From: an uncultured Acidobacteriota bacterium
Lineage (GTDB): Bacteria; Acidobacteriota; Thermoanaerobaculia; Multivoradales; UBA5704
Length of the DNA stretch: 64,000 nt
Reading direction: 5' to 3'
Assembly: GCA_963700145.1 (NCBI GenBank)
Contig: OY969474.1
Coordinates: 448,001-512,000 of the forward strand
The position numbers and the translations under genes were made by a program. This document shows, one piece after another, positions 55,896 to 64,000 of this stretch (its first letter is position 1; each line of letters opens with the position of its first letter). The notes beneath the pieces are model-generated. The model did no database searches. It saw nothing but the letters and a program-made list of their open reading frames with translations, and was not told the origin of the DNA.

Positions 55896-56139
55896 GGGGG
55901 GTGCGGCGGAGGGCGAGGAGGGCGTCGAGGTCGTGGGCGCCCCAGACGAGGTGGACTAAGCCGAAGCCGGTTACTGCGCCGCGGGCGGCGGGGTGGAGGG
56001 CTAGGGTGCGGAGGGCGGCTAGCGGGATCTGGACGATGTTGCGGTCCCAGACTGGGCTCCAGGGGGCCATGATCAGGAACAGGCCTGCTTCCACGCAGTA
56101 GAGGATGAAGAGTAGGCGGAAGAGGACCTCTAGGCGCAT
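55882..56139 (-). CDS. Small membrane protein
   Basis: C.EAG.FL...PW...W..N and RGAVTG.G hydrophobic segments; TACAAT box upstream. Confidence 0.7.
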   Translation of the reverse strand: MRLEVLFRLLFILYCVEAGLFLIMAPWSPVWDRNIVQIPLAALRTLALHPAARGAVTGFGLVHLVWGAHDLDALLALRRTPRAQS

Positions 56140-56199
56140 GGGAGGCGGGATTGTAGCTGGGGGGAGGGAGAGGGGGAGGATGATGGAGGGTTCGCGTGG

Positions 56200-56360
56200 G
56201 GCCGGGCGCGGGGTGCTCCGGCCGGGACCGGCGCGCGCTTTGAAGACTGCGGGGGGTGGCGCGCGCCTGCGCTTCGCTGCGCGCGGGGTCGGTGGGGGAC
56301 TGCGGTGGGCGTTGCTGGCGCTTGCGAAGAGCTCCCGGCCGGAGCACCCCGCGTCCGGCC
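56200..56360. repeat. Long hairpin / MITE-like element with 28-bp terminal inverted repeats
   Basis: 56200-56227 versus 56333-56360, 27 of 28 complementary. Confidence 0.75.
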
Positions 56361-56381
56361 TGGGCACCGCCTACTTGAAAC

Positions 56382-56471
56382 GCCCCCGCCCAGATCCTTC
56401 GCTACGCTGCGCTCCGCTCAGGATGACGTGTAGCCGTCATCCTGAGCGAAGCGAAGGATCTGGGTGGGGGG
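56382..56471. repeat. REP-like palindromic repeat
   Basis: Same arms and arrangement as 22720-22811. Confidence 0.85.
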
Positions 56472-56474
56472 CCT

Positions 56475-58781
56475 CTAGTCGTCCCCGTCCCCGTCGCCGC
56501 GGCTGCGGCTGCGGGGCTGACGGCTCGAAGAGCTCGGCGGGGAGTCGGAGCCTCGCGAGCGCGGGGCTGCCGAGCGACCGCCGCCGCTGCTGCTCGGGGG
56601 GGACGAGGCGCGCGGGGCGCTGGGGCGCGCGGGGGGAGGTGAGTAGCTGCCGGAGCGGCCCGCGGGTGGGGACGAGGGGCGGTAGCTCGGGCGTGAGCGG
56701 ACCTCTGGCGCGCTGGGGGCCGGGCGGGACGGGGGGGCGGAGCGGATGGTGGGAGCGCTCTCGTCCCGGCGGGGGGCGCGGCGGAGCTCTCGGCCGGCGT
56801 CGCTCTCGGGGCGGGCCTGGCGCGGCTCGGCCGTCGAGCGGAATGAACGCTGGGGCGGCTCGCGGTCGGCTGCTCGGGGGCGGCTCTCGCGGGCTTCGCC
56901 GTCGGAGCGGCTGCCGCTGTCGTCGCGCTCGCGGACGCGCCAGGACTCGCCGCCGGAGTCGCTCTCCGCCGGCGGGGTGCGGCGGTCCTCGGGAGCGGCG
57001 CGCGGCGTGTCGCTGCTGCCGCCGTCACTCTCGGGCGGGTTGACGCGGCGCTCGGGGACGGCGCGCGGGGCGTCGCTGGCGCCGGCTTCGCCGTCGTCGC
57101 GGCGGCGGACCCGCCAGGCCTCGGGGGCGGTGTCGCTCTCGGGCGGACGGGCCGGACGCGCGGGGACGGCGCGCGGGGCGTCGCTGGCACCGCTCTCGCC
57201 GTCGTCCCGACGGTCGCGGGGGCGGACGCGCCAGGCGTCGCCGCCGCTGTCGGTGGCCGGGGTGTCGGGGCGGGCCGGGACGGCGCGTGGGGTGTCGCCT
57301 ACGACGCGCGGGCCTTCGCCGGCGCCACCCGCACCGCCGTCGCGGCGGTCGACGGCGATGCGCGGCCGCAGCGGCGAGCCTTCGGGTGCGTCGCCGGGGC
57401 GCTCGACGGCGACGCGGCGCATCACCTCGGGCGGCAGCTCGTTGCGCCGCTCGATGAAGGGGGTGACGTCCGGCAGGTCGCCGCCGGCCGCGCGGCGCGG
57501 GGTGACGTCGCGGCGGCGGAGGACCTCCTGGACGTCGCGCGGGTTGCCCAGGCGGTCGGGGGTGAGCGACCGCGTGTCGGTCGTCAGGATGCCGCGGCCG
57601 AGCCCGCCGGGGCGGGTCTCGCGCAGGTCGCGGCCGCCGCGCGCCCAGCGGTAGAGGTCGCGCCGCTGGAAGTGGTCGTAGCCCACGAAGCTCCAGTCGT
57701 CGTAGGGTCCCCAGCCGCCGCCCACCCAGCCGTAGACGCCGTGGCGGAAGCCGCCGCCCCAGCCGCGGTTGTACCAGTGGGTGTAGTAGCCCACCGGGCA
57801 CCAGCCGACGTGGCTCGAGCCCCAGTACCAGTAGACCCAGGCGGGCGCGAAGGTGCGGCCCGGGTACCAGACCCAGCCGTAGGCCGGCGCGTAGTCCCAG
57901 GTGCCGTAGTGGTAGGGCACCCAGCCCCACGGCTCGGAGGTGACCCAGAAGTAGCCGGCCGGCGTGTAGGCCCAGCGGCCGAGGTGGTAGGGGCGCCAGC
58001 CGAGGGCGACGCGCGGCCGCCAGACCCAGGAGCGGTTGTAGTTGACCCAGGAGCCGTAGCGGTGGAGCGACGAGCCCTGGTAGCGGAGATCGGGGTCGAG
58101 GTAGGCGTAGCGGTCGCCGTCGCTCTCGTACTCGTCGTCGAGGCGCTCGGCCCAGCGCTCCAGCCCGTCGCGCCCGTCGGCGTCCTGCACGTCCACCCGC
58201 GGGTCGCGCACGCCGTCGACCCAGGCCTGCTCGTCCTCGCGCACCACGGCCGAGCCGCGCTCGGTCACCACCTCGGCGTACCCCTCGCGCACCACGACCT
58301 CGGTCCACTCCTCGTCGCCGGTGCCGATGCGGTAGCTGCCTTCGTCCTGCACGTAGACGGTGGCGTTCGGCGTGTCGATGCGCGGCGGCTCGCCGCCGCC
58401 CCGCCGCACGACGAGCTGGATGTTGCCGTCGAGCAGGCGCAGCACGGTCTGGCGGTCGTTGCTCTCGGGCGAGTCGGCGAGGCGCTCGAAGAGGAGCTCC
58501 GTGCCGCCGTCCACGCGCAGCAGGTTGCCGTCGGAGAGGACCACCTCGAGGCGGCCGTTCCGCGGCACCCAGAGGCGGTCGCCGGCGAGCACCGGCTGGT
58601 TGAGCTCGGCGGCGGCGCGGCCGCCGGAGCCGGCCTGGGTGACCGTGGCGGAGCCCTCGATCACCCGGAAGTAGCCGTAGCTGCCGTCGCGGTCGGCGGC
58701 GGCCGGGGCGGCCAGCAGCAGCAGCAGGGCGGCGGCGGCCCACAGGGTGTGGAGGGAGCGGGACGGGACGCTGGCGGGCAT
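56475..58781 (-). CDS. Secreted FecR-domain / DUF6600 protein with low-complexity tail
   Basis: Signal peptide; FecR-like strands; WRPY..G.W, EPWGW.PYHYG.W, APAWV aromatic repeats; Pro/Arg/Ser tail. Confidence 0.82.
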   Translation of the reverse strand: MPASVPSRSLHTLWAAAALLLLLAAPAAADRDGSYGYFRVIEGSATVTQAGSGGRAAAELNQPVLAGDRLWVPRNGRLEVVLSDGNLLRVDGGTELLFERLADSPESNDRQTVLRLLDGNIQLVVRRGGGEPPRIDTPNATVYVQDEGSYRIGTGDEEWTEVVVREGYAEVVTERGSAVVREDEQAWVDGVRDPRVDVQDADGRDGLERWAERLDDEYESDGDRYAYLDPDLRYQGSSLHRYGSWVNYNRSWVWRPRVALGWRPYHLGRWAYTPAGYFWVTSEPWGWVPYHYGTWDYAPAYGWVWYPGRTFAPAWVYWYWGSSHVGWCPVGYYTHWYNRGWGGGFRHGVYGWVGGGWGPYDDWSFVGYDHFQRRDLYRWARGGRDLRETRPGGLGRGILTTDTRSLTPDRLGNPRDVQEVLRRRDVTPRRAAGGDLPDVTPFIERRNELPPEVMRRVAVERPGDAPEGSPLRPRIAVDRRDGGAGGAGEGPRVVGDTPRAVPARPDTPATDSGGDAWRVRPRDRRDDGESGASDAPRAVPARPARPPESDTAPEAWRVRRRDDGEAGASDAPRAVPERRVNPPESDGGSSDTPRAAPEDRRTPPAESDSGGESWRVRERDDSGSRSDGEARESRPRAADREPPQRSFRSTAEPRQARPESDAGRELRRAPRRDESAPTIRSAPPSRPAPSAPEVRSRPSYRPSSPPAGRSGSYSPPPARPSAPRASSPPSSSGGGRSAAPRSRGSDSPPSSSSRQPRSRSRGDGDGDD

Positions 58782-59040
58782 CGTGTTCTCCTCGGTTTGC
58801 ACCGTATACCTCTGCCGGCGCGGAGAGCAACCCTCGCGCCATCTTGGCCGGGCTCGCCCGGCGGCGCCTCGGCGAGGGCGCGCACGGCCGGACAGCCTTG
58901 CGCCAACTGTAGTTACCGGCGCTTGGCCCTATAATGGCCGCTCCCCGCGGCGGTCCCCCGATGTCCACCGCAGACGTCGCCGGCGTCCACTCGGCGCCGC
59001 AGCGGACAGGGGGCCGGCCGCGGCGGTCCCGGGAGGCGGC

Positions 59041-59919
59041 GTGGCGTTCAAGAGCTGGTTCCGCGGCGGCGGCGGTGCGCAGCAGCCGCAGCAGGAGTAC
59101 ACGATTGACGATCTCATCGTCCTCGAGCGGTACGAGGAGGCGGAGCTGCGCCTGCGCGCCAAGCTGCGCACCAACCCCGAGGATCTCCACTCGCGGCTCA
59201 AGCTCGCCGAGGTCTACAGCCAGCTCCAGCAGTACGAGAAAGCGGTCGAGGAGTACTCGCTGGTCGCCGAGGAGTACGCCCAGGACGGCTTCTACGAGAA
59301 GGGGGTCGCCCTCCTCGCCAAGGCGCAGAAGCTGGCGCCGCTCGACCAGTCGATCCGCTTCAAGGTCGAGCGCTACCAGCGCGAGAAGAGCATGGAGCAC
59401 GTGCGGGCGCTGGCCATTGAAGGGCTGCGCCAGGCCGGCGGGCAGAAGGCGGGGACCTCGGCGGTCGAGCTGCAGCGGCTCTGGCACAACCTGGCGAGCA
59501 GCCGGCTCGTCCAGCGGCTCACGCCCGAGCAGCTCAAGCGCCTCCTCTCGACCATGCAGCTCGCCCACTGCAAGGAGGGGACGCAGCTCGCCGAGGAGGG
59601 GAGCCGCGACGGCGAGCTGCTGCTCATCGTGCGCGGCGTCCTCGAGGCCTTCGTGGACGGCCCGGAGAAGAAGCCGCTCGGCGTGCGCAGCTTCACCTCC
59701 GGCGACATCGTCGGCGAGGGTGTGCTGCTCGAGCGCGGCGCCTGGCCCGCCAGCTACCGGGCGAGCGAGAACGCCACCGTCCTCAAGCTCGACCGCGAGG
59801 GGCTGGAGCAGAACCTGGTCGGCAACTCCGATCCGCGCGCCTTCCTCGAGGCCCTGCGCGAGCAGCACAACGACCGCGACGTGGGCGTGGCCGTGCGCCG
59901 GCTGCGGGGCGGCGGCTAG
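59041..59919 (+). CDS. TPR + cyclic-nucleotide-binding domain protein
   Basis: Helical TPR-like N-terminus; EEG..G.L.LI.RG, GDIVGE..L, .AS.RA; GGAGG RBS before GTG. Confidence 0.8.
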   Translation: MAFKSWFRGGGGAQQPQQEYTIDDLIVLERYEEAELRLRAKLRTNPEDLHSRLKLAEVYSQLQQYEKAVEEYSLVAEEYAQDGFYEKGVALLAKAQKLAPLDQSIRFKVERYQREKSMEHVRALAIEGLRQAGGQKAGTSAVELQRLWHNLASSRLVQRLTPEQLKRLLSTMQLAHCKEGTQLAEEGSRDGELLLIVRGVLEAFVDGPEKKPLGVRSFTSGDIVGEGVLLERGAWPASYRASENATVLKLDREGLEQNLVGNSDPRAFLEALREQHNDRDVGVAVRRLRGGG

Positions 59920-59944
59920 GGGCTCCTGGCCGGCAGCCGGCGGC

Positions 59945-60466
59945 ATGGCGATCCTCCCGATCCGCATCTACCCGGACCCGGTGCTGCGCGAAGTCTGCCC
60001 CCGAGTGACAGACTTCGGCGGTGCCGCGCTGCGCCAGCTGGCGCGCGACATGGTGGAGACCATGCATGCGGCGCCCGGGGTGGGGCTGGCGGCGCCGCAG
60101 GTCGGCCTGACGGTGCGGCTGGCGGTGGTGGACCTGACGGTGGGCAAGGAGCCGGAGGAGCTGAGAGTGCTGGTCAACCCGGAAGTGTTGGAGCCGGAGG
60201 GCAAAGAGGTGGAGGAGGAGGGGTGCCTCTCGATCCCCGGCCTGCTCGACAAGGTCGAGCGCCCGGCGCGAGTGCGGGTGCGGGCGCAGGACGTGGACGG
60301 CACGCCCTTCGAGCTCGTCGCCGAGGGGTGGCTGGCGCGCGCCGTCTGCCACGAGGTGGACCACCTCGACGGCGTGCTCTTCACTGACCGGCTGCGCGGG
60401 CTGCGCCGGGAGCGGGCGAAGCGCCAGCTCCGGCGCCTCGCGGCGACGCACGAGGTGACGGTGTGA
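59945..60466 (+). CDS. def: Peptide deformylase
   Basis: GVGLAAPQVG, EGCLS, HEVDHLDG. Confidence 0.96.
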   Translation: MAILPIRIYPDPVLREVCPRVTDFGGAALRQLARDMVETMHAAPGVGLAAPQVGLTVRLAVVDLTVGKEPEELRVLVNPEVLEPEGKEVEEEGCLSIPGLLDKVERPARVRVRAQDVDGTPFELVAEGWLARAVCHEVDHLDGVLFTDRLRGLRRERAKRQLRRLAATHEVTV

Positions 60467-61029
60467 AGAGCCTCAAGGCGCCGCTCGCCGGCGCGCTCCT
60501 GCTGGCGTTCGTCGCCGCGGCCTGCGGCGGCGGCGGGGGGGGCGGGCCGACGCAGCCACCGCCGCCACCGCCCCCGCAGCCTGGCATCACCTTCACGGCG
60601 GCGGGCACGGCGCCGGCCAACAGCGTCGCGCTTGGCAGCGGCGCCGGCGGCACGGCGACGACGCTGGCCCTCGAGGTGCGCGCCACCCAGGTGACCAACC
60701 TCTACGGCGTCTCCTTCGACCTCCAATACCCGGCGACGGTCCTGCGCTACGACGGCGCCACCGAAGGGACGCTGCTCAACGCCAACGGCACGGTCCAGAC
60801 GAGCCTGCAGGTCGTCGAGAGCCCGGCCGGCACGCTGGTCGTCGGCTTCACGCGCCTCGGCACCGCCGGCGGCGTCAGCGGCTCCGGGACGCTCCTGACC
60901 CTGAGGTTCTCGGCCCGCGCGGCCGGGACCGGGCCCTTCACCTTCGTCGCCCCGGCGGGGGTCGATCCGAGCGGGCAGGCGCTGACCGGGCTCGGCTTCG
61001 TGGCGGGCTCGGCCGAGGTCCGCCAGTGA
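60463..61029 (+). CDS. Lipoprotein with cohesin-like domain
   Basis: AAAC lipobox, Gly/Pro linker, LYGVSFDL.Y, GSGTL..L.F.A. Confidence 0.72.
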   Translation: MKSLKAPLAGALLLAFVAAACGGGGGGGPTQPPPPPPPQPGITFTAAGTAPANSVALGSGAGGTATTLALEVRATQVTNLYGVSFDLQYPATVLRYDGATEGTLLNANGTVQTSLQVVESPAGTLVVGFTRLGTAGGVSGSGTLLTLRFSARAAGTGPFTFVAPAGVDPSGQALTGLGFVAGSAEVRQ

Positions 61030-62477
61030 GCGACGGCGGAGAAGCGCGCCGCGGCCGCCCCGAGCTCGTCCTCTTCAACACGCTGGGCCGCCGCCGCCAG
61101 CCCTTCCGGCCGCTGGCGCCCGGGGAGGCGCGCGTCTACACCTGCGGCCCGACGGTCTACAACGAGATCCACATCGGCAACCTCCGCACCTTCCTCTTCG
61201 AGGACCTGCTGCGGCGGGCGCTGCGCTACCTGGGCTGGCGCGTCAACCAGGTGATGAACATCACCGACGTCGACGACAAGACGATCAACGGCGCGCGCGC
61301 CGCCGGCGTCTCGCTCGACGACTACACCGCCCCCTTCATCGAGGGCTTCCTGCGCGACCTCGACACGCTGCACGTCGAGCGCGCCGAGCGCTACCCGCGC
61401 GCCACCCACCACGTCCCCGAGATGATCGCGCTGATCGCCCGCCTCCTCGAGAAGCAGGTGGCCTACGAGGCCGACGGCTCGGTCTGGTTCCGCATCAGCG
61501 CCGTCCCCGACTACGGCAAGCTCTCCGGCTTCGACCTGACGCAGGCGCGGCGCGGCGAGCGGGTGGCGAGCGACGAGTACGAGAAGGAGGACGTGCGCGA
61601 CTTCGTCCTCTGGAAGGGCGCCAAGCCCGAGGAGCCGGCCTGGGACTCGCCGTGGGGTCGCGGCCGGCCGGGGTGGCACATCGAGTGCTCCGCGATGGCG
61701 ATGAAATACCTCGGCGAGACCCTCGACCTCCACTGCGGCGGCGTCGACAACATCTTCCCGCACCATGAGAACGAGATCGCGCAGAGCGAGGCGGCGACCG
61801 GCAAGCCCTTCGTCAGAACCTGGCTCCACTCCGAGCACCTGATCGTCGACGGCGAGAAGATGTCGAAGTCGCTCGGCAACCAGTACACGCTGGCAGACCT
61901 GCTGGCCCGTGGCGCGGCGCCGCGCGCCATCCGCTATCTGCTGCTCTCCGTCCACTACCGGCAGAAGCTCAACTTCACCTGGGACTCGCTGGAGGCGGCG
62001 GCAGGCGCGCTGCGGCGGGTGGACGAGATGCTCTTCCGGCTGGTGCATGCGCGCGAGTCCGGCGAGCCGATCGGCACCCTCGGCGACGCCGCCGAGACCG
62101 TGCAGCGCGACTTCACCGCCGCCCTCGCTGACGACCTCAACGTCGCCGAGGCGCTGGCCGCCGTCTTCCGCTTCGTCAAGGAGGTCAACGTGGCGATCGA
62201 GGACCGGCGGCTCGGGGCCGGCGACCACGAGCGGGTGATCGAGGCGCTGGCGGACGTGGACCGCGTGCTCGGGGTGCTCGATGCGGACGAGTGGGCGGGG
62301 GAGGAGGAGGGGAGGAGCGCGGTGCCCGAGGAGGACATCGGCCGGCTCGTCGCCGAGCGCGAGGCGGCGCGGAAGGCGCGCGACTGGGCCGCCGCCGACC
62401 GGCTGCGCGGCGAGCTGACGGCGCTCGGGGTGACCGTCGAGGACACGCCCAACGGACCGCGCTGGAAGCGCGGGTAG
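61026..62477 (+). CDS. cysS: Cysteine--tRNA ligase
   Basis: CGPTVY..IHIGN, GRPGWHIECS, FPHHENE, KMSKS. Confidence 0.97.
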   Translation: MSDGGEARRGRPELVLFNTLGRRRQPFRPLAPGEARVYTCGPTVYNEIHIGNLRTFLFEDLLRRALRYLGWRVNQVMNITDVDDKTINGARAAGVSLDDYTAPFIEGFLRDLDTLHVERAERYPRATHHVPEMIALIARLLEKQVAYEADGSVWFRISAVPDYGKLSGFDLTQARRGERVASDEYEKEDVRDFVLWKGAKPEEPAWDSPWGRGRPGWHIECSAMAMKYLGETLDLHCGGVDNIFPHHENEIAQSEAATGKPFVRTWLHSEHLIVDGEKMSKSLGNQYTLADLLARGAAPRAIRYLLLSVHYRQKLNFTWDSLEAAAGALRRVDEMLFRLVHARESGEPIGTLGDAAETVQRDFTAALADDLNVAEALAAVFRFVKEVNVAIEDRRLGAGDHERVIEALADVDRVLGVLDADEWAGEEEGRSAVPEEDIGRLVAEREAARKARDWAAADRLRGELTALGVTVEDTPNGPRWKRG

Positions 62478-62489
62478 GGCGCGCGGGAG

Positions 62490-62873
62490 ATGTCGGGCGC
62501 CTTCCAGCCGGGGACGCACACCCGCGGCCGCGGCCGGGCGGGGGAAGACCAGGCGGTGCGCTGGCTGGAGCGCCAGGGCTACCGCATCCTCGACCGCAAC
62601 GTCGTCAACCGCGGCGGCGAGATCGACGTCGTGGCCCGCGACGGCGACACCATCTGCTTCGTCGAGATCAAGGCCCGCGGCGGCGCCGCCTACGGCGCGG
62701 CGCTCGCCGCGGTGACCCCGGCCAAGCAGCGCCGGCTGGCCCGCGCCGCGGCCCTGCATCTGGCGCTGCACGGGCTCCAGGGCGCCTGCCGCTTCGACGT
62801 CCTGGGCCTCGACTGGACCGCGAACGGCTGGGAATACAGCCTCGTCCGGGACGCGTTCTCGGTCCCGGGTTGA
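62490..62873 (+). CDS. YraN (UPF0102) family protein
   Basis: G..GE..A, GEIDVVA, FVEIK.R, RFDV. Confidence 0.9.
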   Translation: MSGAFQPGTHTRGRGRAGEDQAVRWLERQGYRILDRNVVNRGGEIDVVARDGDTICFVEIKARGGAAYGAALAAVTPAKQRRLARAAALHLALHGLQGACRFDVLGLDWTANGWEYSLVRDAFSVPG

Positions 62874-62916
62874 GCCCGGTAAGTTCCTGTACGATCGTGG
62901 CTTACGGGACTCCGGG

Positions 62917-62945
62917 TTGACAGCGCGGAGGGGGGCCGATATCCT
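62917..62945 (+). promoter_or_regulatory. Sigma70 promoter TTGACA-17-TATCCT for the tRNA pair
   Basis: Near-consensus hexamers upstream of tRNA-Gly. Confidence 0.78.
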
Positions 62946-62958
62946 CCCCCGCTCGTGA

Positions 62959-63033
62959 GCGGGAATAGCTCAGTGGTAGAGCACAACCTTGCCAAGGTTG
63001 GGGTCGCGGGTTCAAATCCCGTTTCCCGCTCCA
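62959..63033 (+). tRNA. tRNA-Gly (GCC)
   Basis: GCGGGAA/TTCCCGC acceptor stem, anticodon loop TTGCCAA, CCA end. Confidence 0.96.
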
Positions 63034-63109
63034 GTTCTCTTCCCTCCCGGCAGTAGCGACCAGCCGGGGCGGTCGCGCAGCCCAGGGCCGCGCGGCCTCG
63101 GTTCTTTCA

Positions 63110-63184
63110 GGCGACGTAGCCAAGTGGTAAGGCGAGGGTCTGCAAAACCCTTATACGGCGGTTCGAATCCGCCCGTCGCCTCCA
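63110..63184 (+). tRNA. tRNA-Cys (GCA)
   Basis: GGCGACG/CGTCGCC acceptor stem, anticodon loop CTGCAAA, CCA end. Confidence 0.95.
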
Positions 63185-63217
63185 GTCACCATCGAGCGCA
63201 CGCTCTTGGCCAGGTAA

Positions 63218-64000
63218 ATGCTCCCTGCTCCTGATCGCAGCACCGGCGTGCGCCTCGCCGGCTGGGCGCGGGAGCTGGACACGATGGCGCTGCGTGAGAT
63301 CCTCGAGCTGACCGCGCGGCCCGGCATCCTCTCGCTCGCTCTGGGGCTTCCCGACCCAGACCTTTTCCCGGCCGCAGCCCTCGCCAGGGCAGGCGAGCGG
63401 CTCCTCACCTCCGATCCGCGCTGTCTGCAGCTCGGAATCCCCTTCGCACCGCTCAAGCGCCAGGTGGTGGCGCTGATGGCCAAGCGCGGCGTCGTCTGCC
63501 GCGAGGACCAGGTGCTGCTCACTGCGGGGGCGCAGCAGGGGTTGTCGCTCGTGACACGGCTGCTGCTGGAGCCGGGGAGCCGGGTCCTCCTCGAGGAGGT
63601 GAGCTACACCGGACTCCACCAGATGTTACGGCCGTTCCCGGCCGTCCCGATCACCGTTCCCACCGGCCTCGACGGCGGCATGGACATCGAGGCCGTCGAG
63701 GCCGCGCTCGCGCGTGGCCGTCCCGCCTTCGTGTACGTGATGGCGGTGGCACACAACCCACTCGGGATCGACCTGCCGGCCGGACCCCGCGAGCAGCTCG
63801 TGGACCTCGCACGCCGCTACGAAGTACCGATCGTCGAGGACGACCCCTACGGGTTCCTGTGGTACGACGCGGCTCCCACGCCCCCGCTGCGCGCCTTGGA
63901 CGGCGACTGGGTGCTCTACCTCGGCACCTTCTCCAAGATCCTCGCGCCGGCGCTGCGGGTGGGCTGGGCGGTGCTTCCCGAGGCGCTGGTTCCCAAGCTG
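63218..64000 (+). CDS. PLP-dependent class I aminotransferase (2-aminoadipate transaminase/MocR-like), 3'-truncated by window edge
   Basis: Own translation (absent from the ORF track): ILSLALGLPDP..FP, GAQQGL, HNPLG, IVEDDPYG, LGTFSKILAP.LRVGW. Confidence 0.9.
   Translation, partial: MLPAPDRSTGVRLAGWARELDTMALREILELTARPGILSLALGLPDPDLFPAAALARAGERLLTSDPRCLQLGIPFAPLKRQVVALMAKRGVVCREDQVLLTAGAQQGLSLVTRLLLEPGSRVLLEEVSYTGLHQMLRPFPAVPITVPTGLDGGMDIEAVEAALARGRPAFVYVMAVAHNPLGIDLPAGPREQLVDLARRYEVPIVEDDPYGFLWYDAAPTPPLRALDGDWVLYLGTFSKILAPALRVGWAVLPEALVPKL

Noticed and set aside
53114-63184. tRNA genes as prophage/ICE attachment sites
   Set aside because: No integrase and no duplicated tRNA 3' end seen within the window; sequence beyond 64000 cannot be assessed.

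Overview
High-GC bacterial chromosome segment. The gene content and a characteristic secreted-protein repeat domain suggest Acidobacteriota (Thermoanaerobaculia-like); this is inferred, not shown. The window opens with the 3' part of a large NRPS-PKS hybrid (predicted Gly-Ser-malonyl-TE), followed by a Tat-exported vanadium haloperoxidase. Most of the rest is housekeeping and envelope genes (rnd, murJ, trxB, ferritin, pssA/psd, rimI/tsaB, mutS, nagZ, RluD-like, lspA, thiE, def, cysS) plus three tRNAs. The standout accessory element is a visibly lower-GC island at about 26.0-29.6 kb. It carries a retron: a promoter, a ~150-nt msr-msd-like ncRNA bounded by a 20-bp a1/a2 inverted repeat, and a retron RT fused to an intact trypsin-like serine protease. 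Tightly coupled downstream are a 64-aa ORF and a nucleotidyltransferase, then DUF2442 and VapBC modules. A second low-GC patch (42.5-44.7 kb) holds an orphan 447-aa gene, a duplicated gene tail and another small-ORF/NTase pair. Non-coding structure includes five REP-like palindromes, two inverted copies of a ~550-600-bp three-hairpin composite element, a 21-bp tandem array and many apparent leaderless promoters. All family assignments come from motif recognition by eye; no searches were run.
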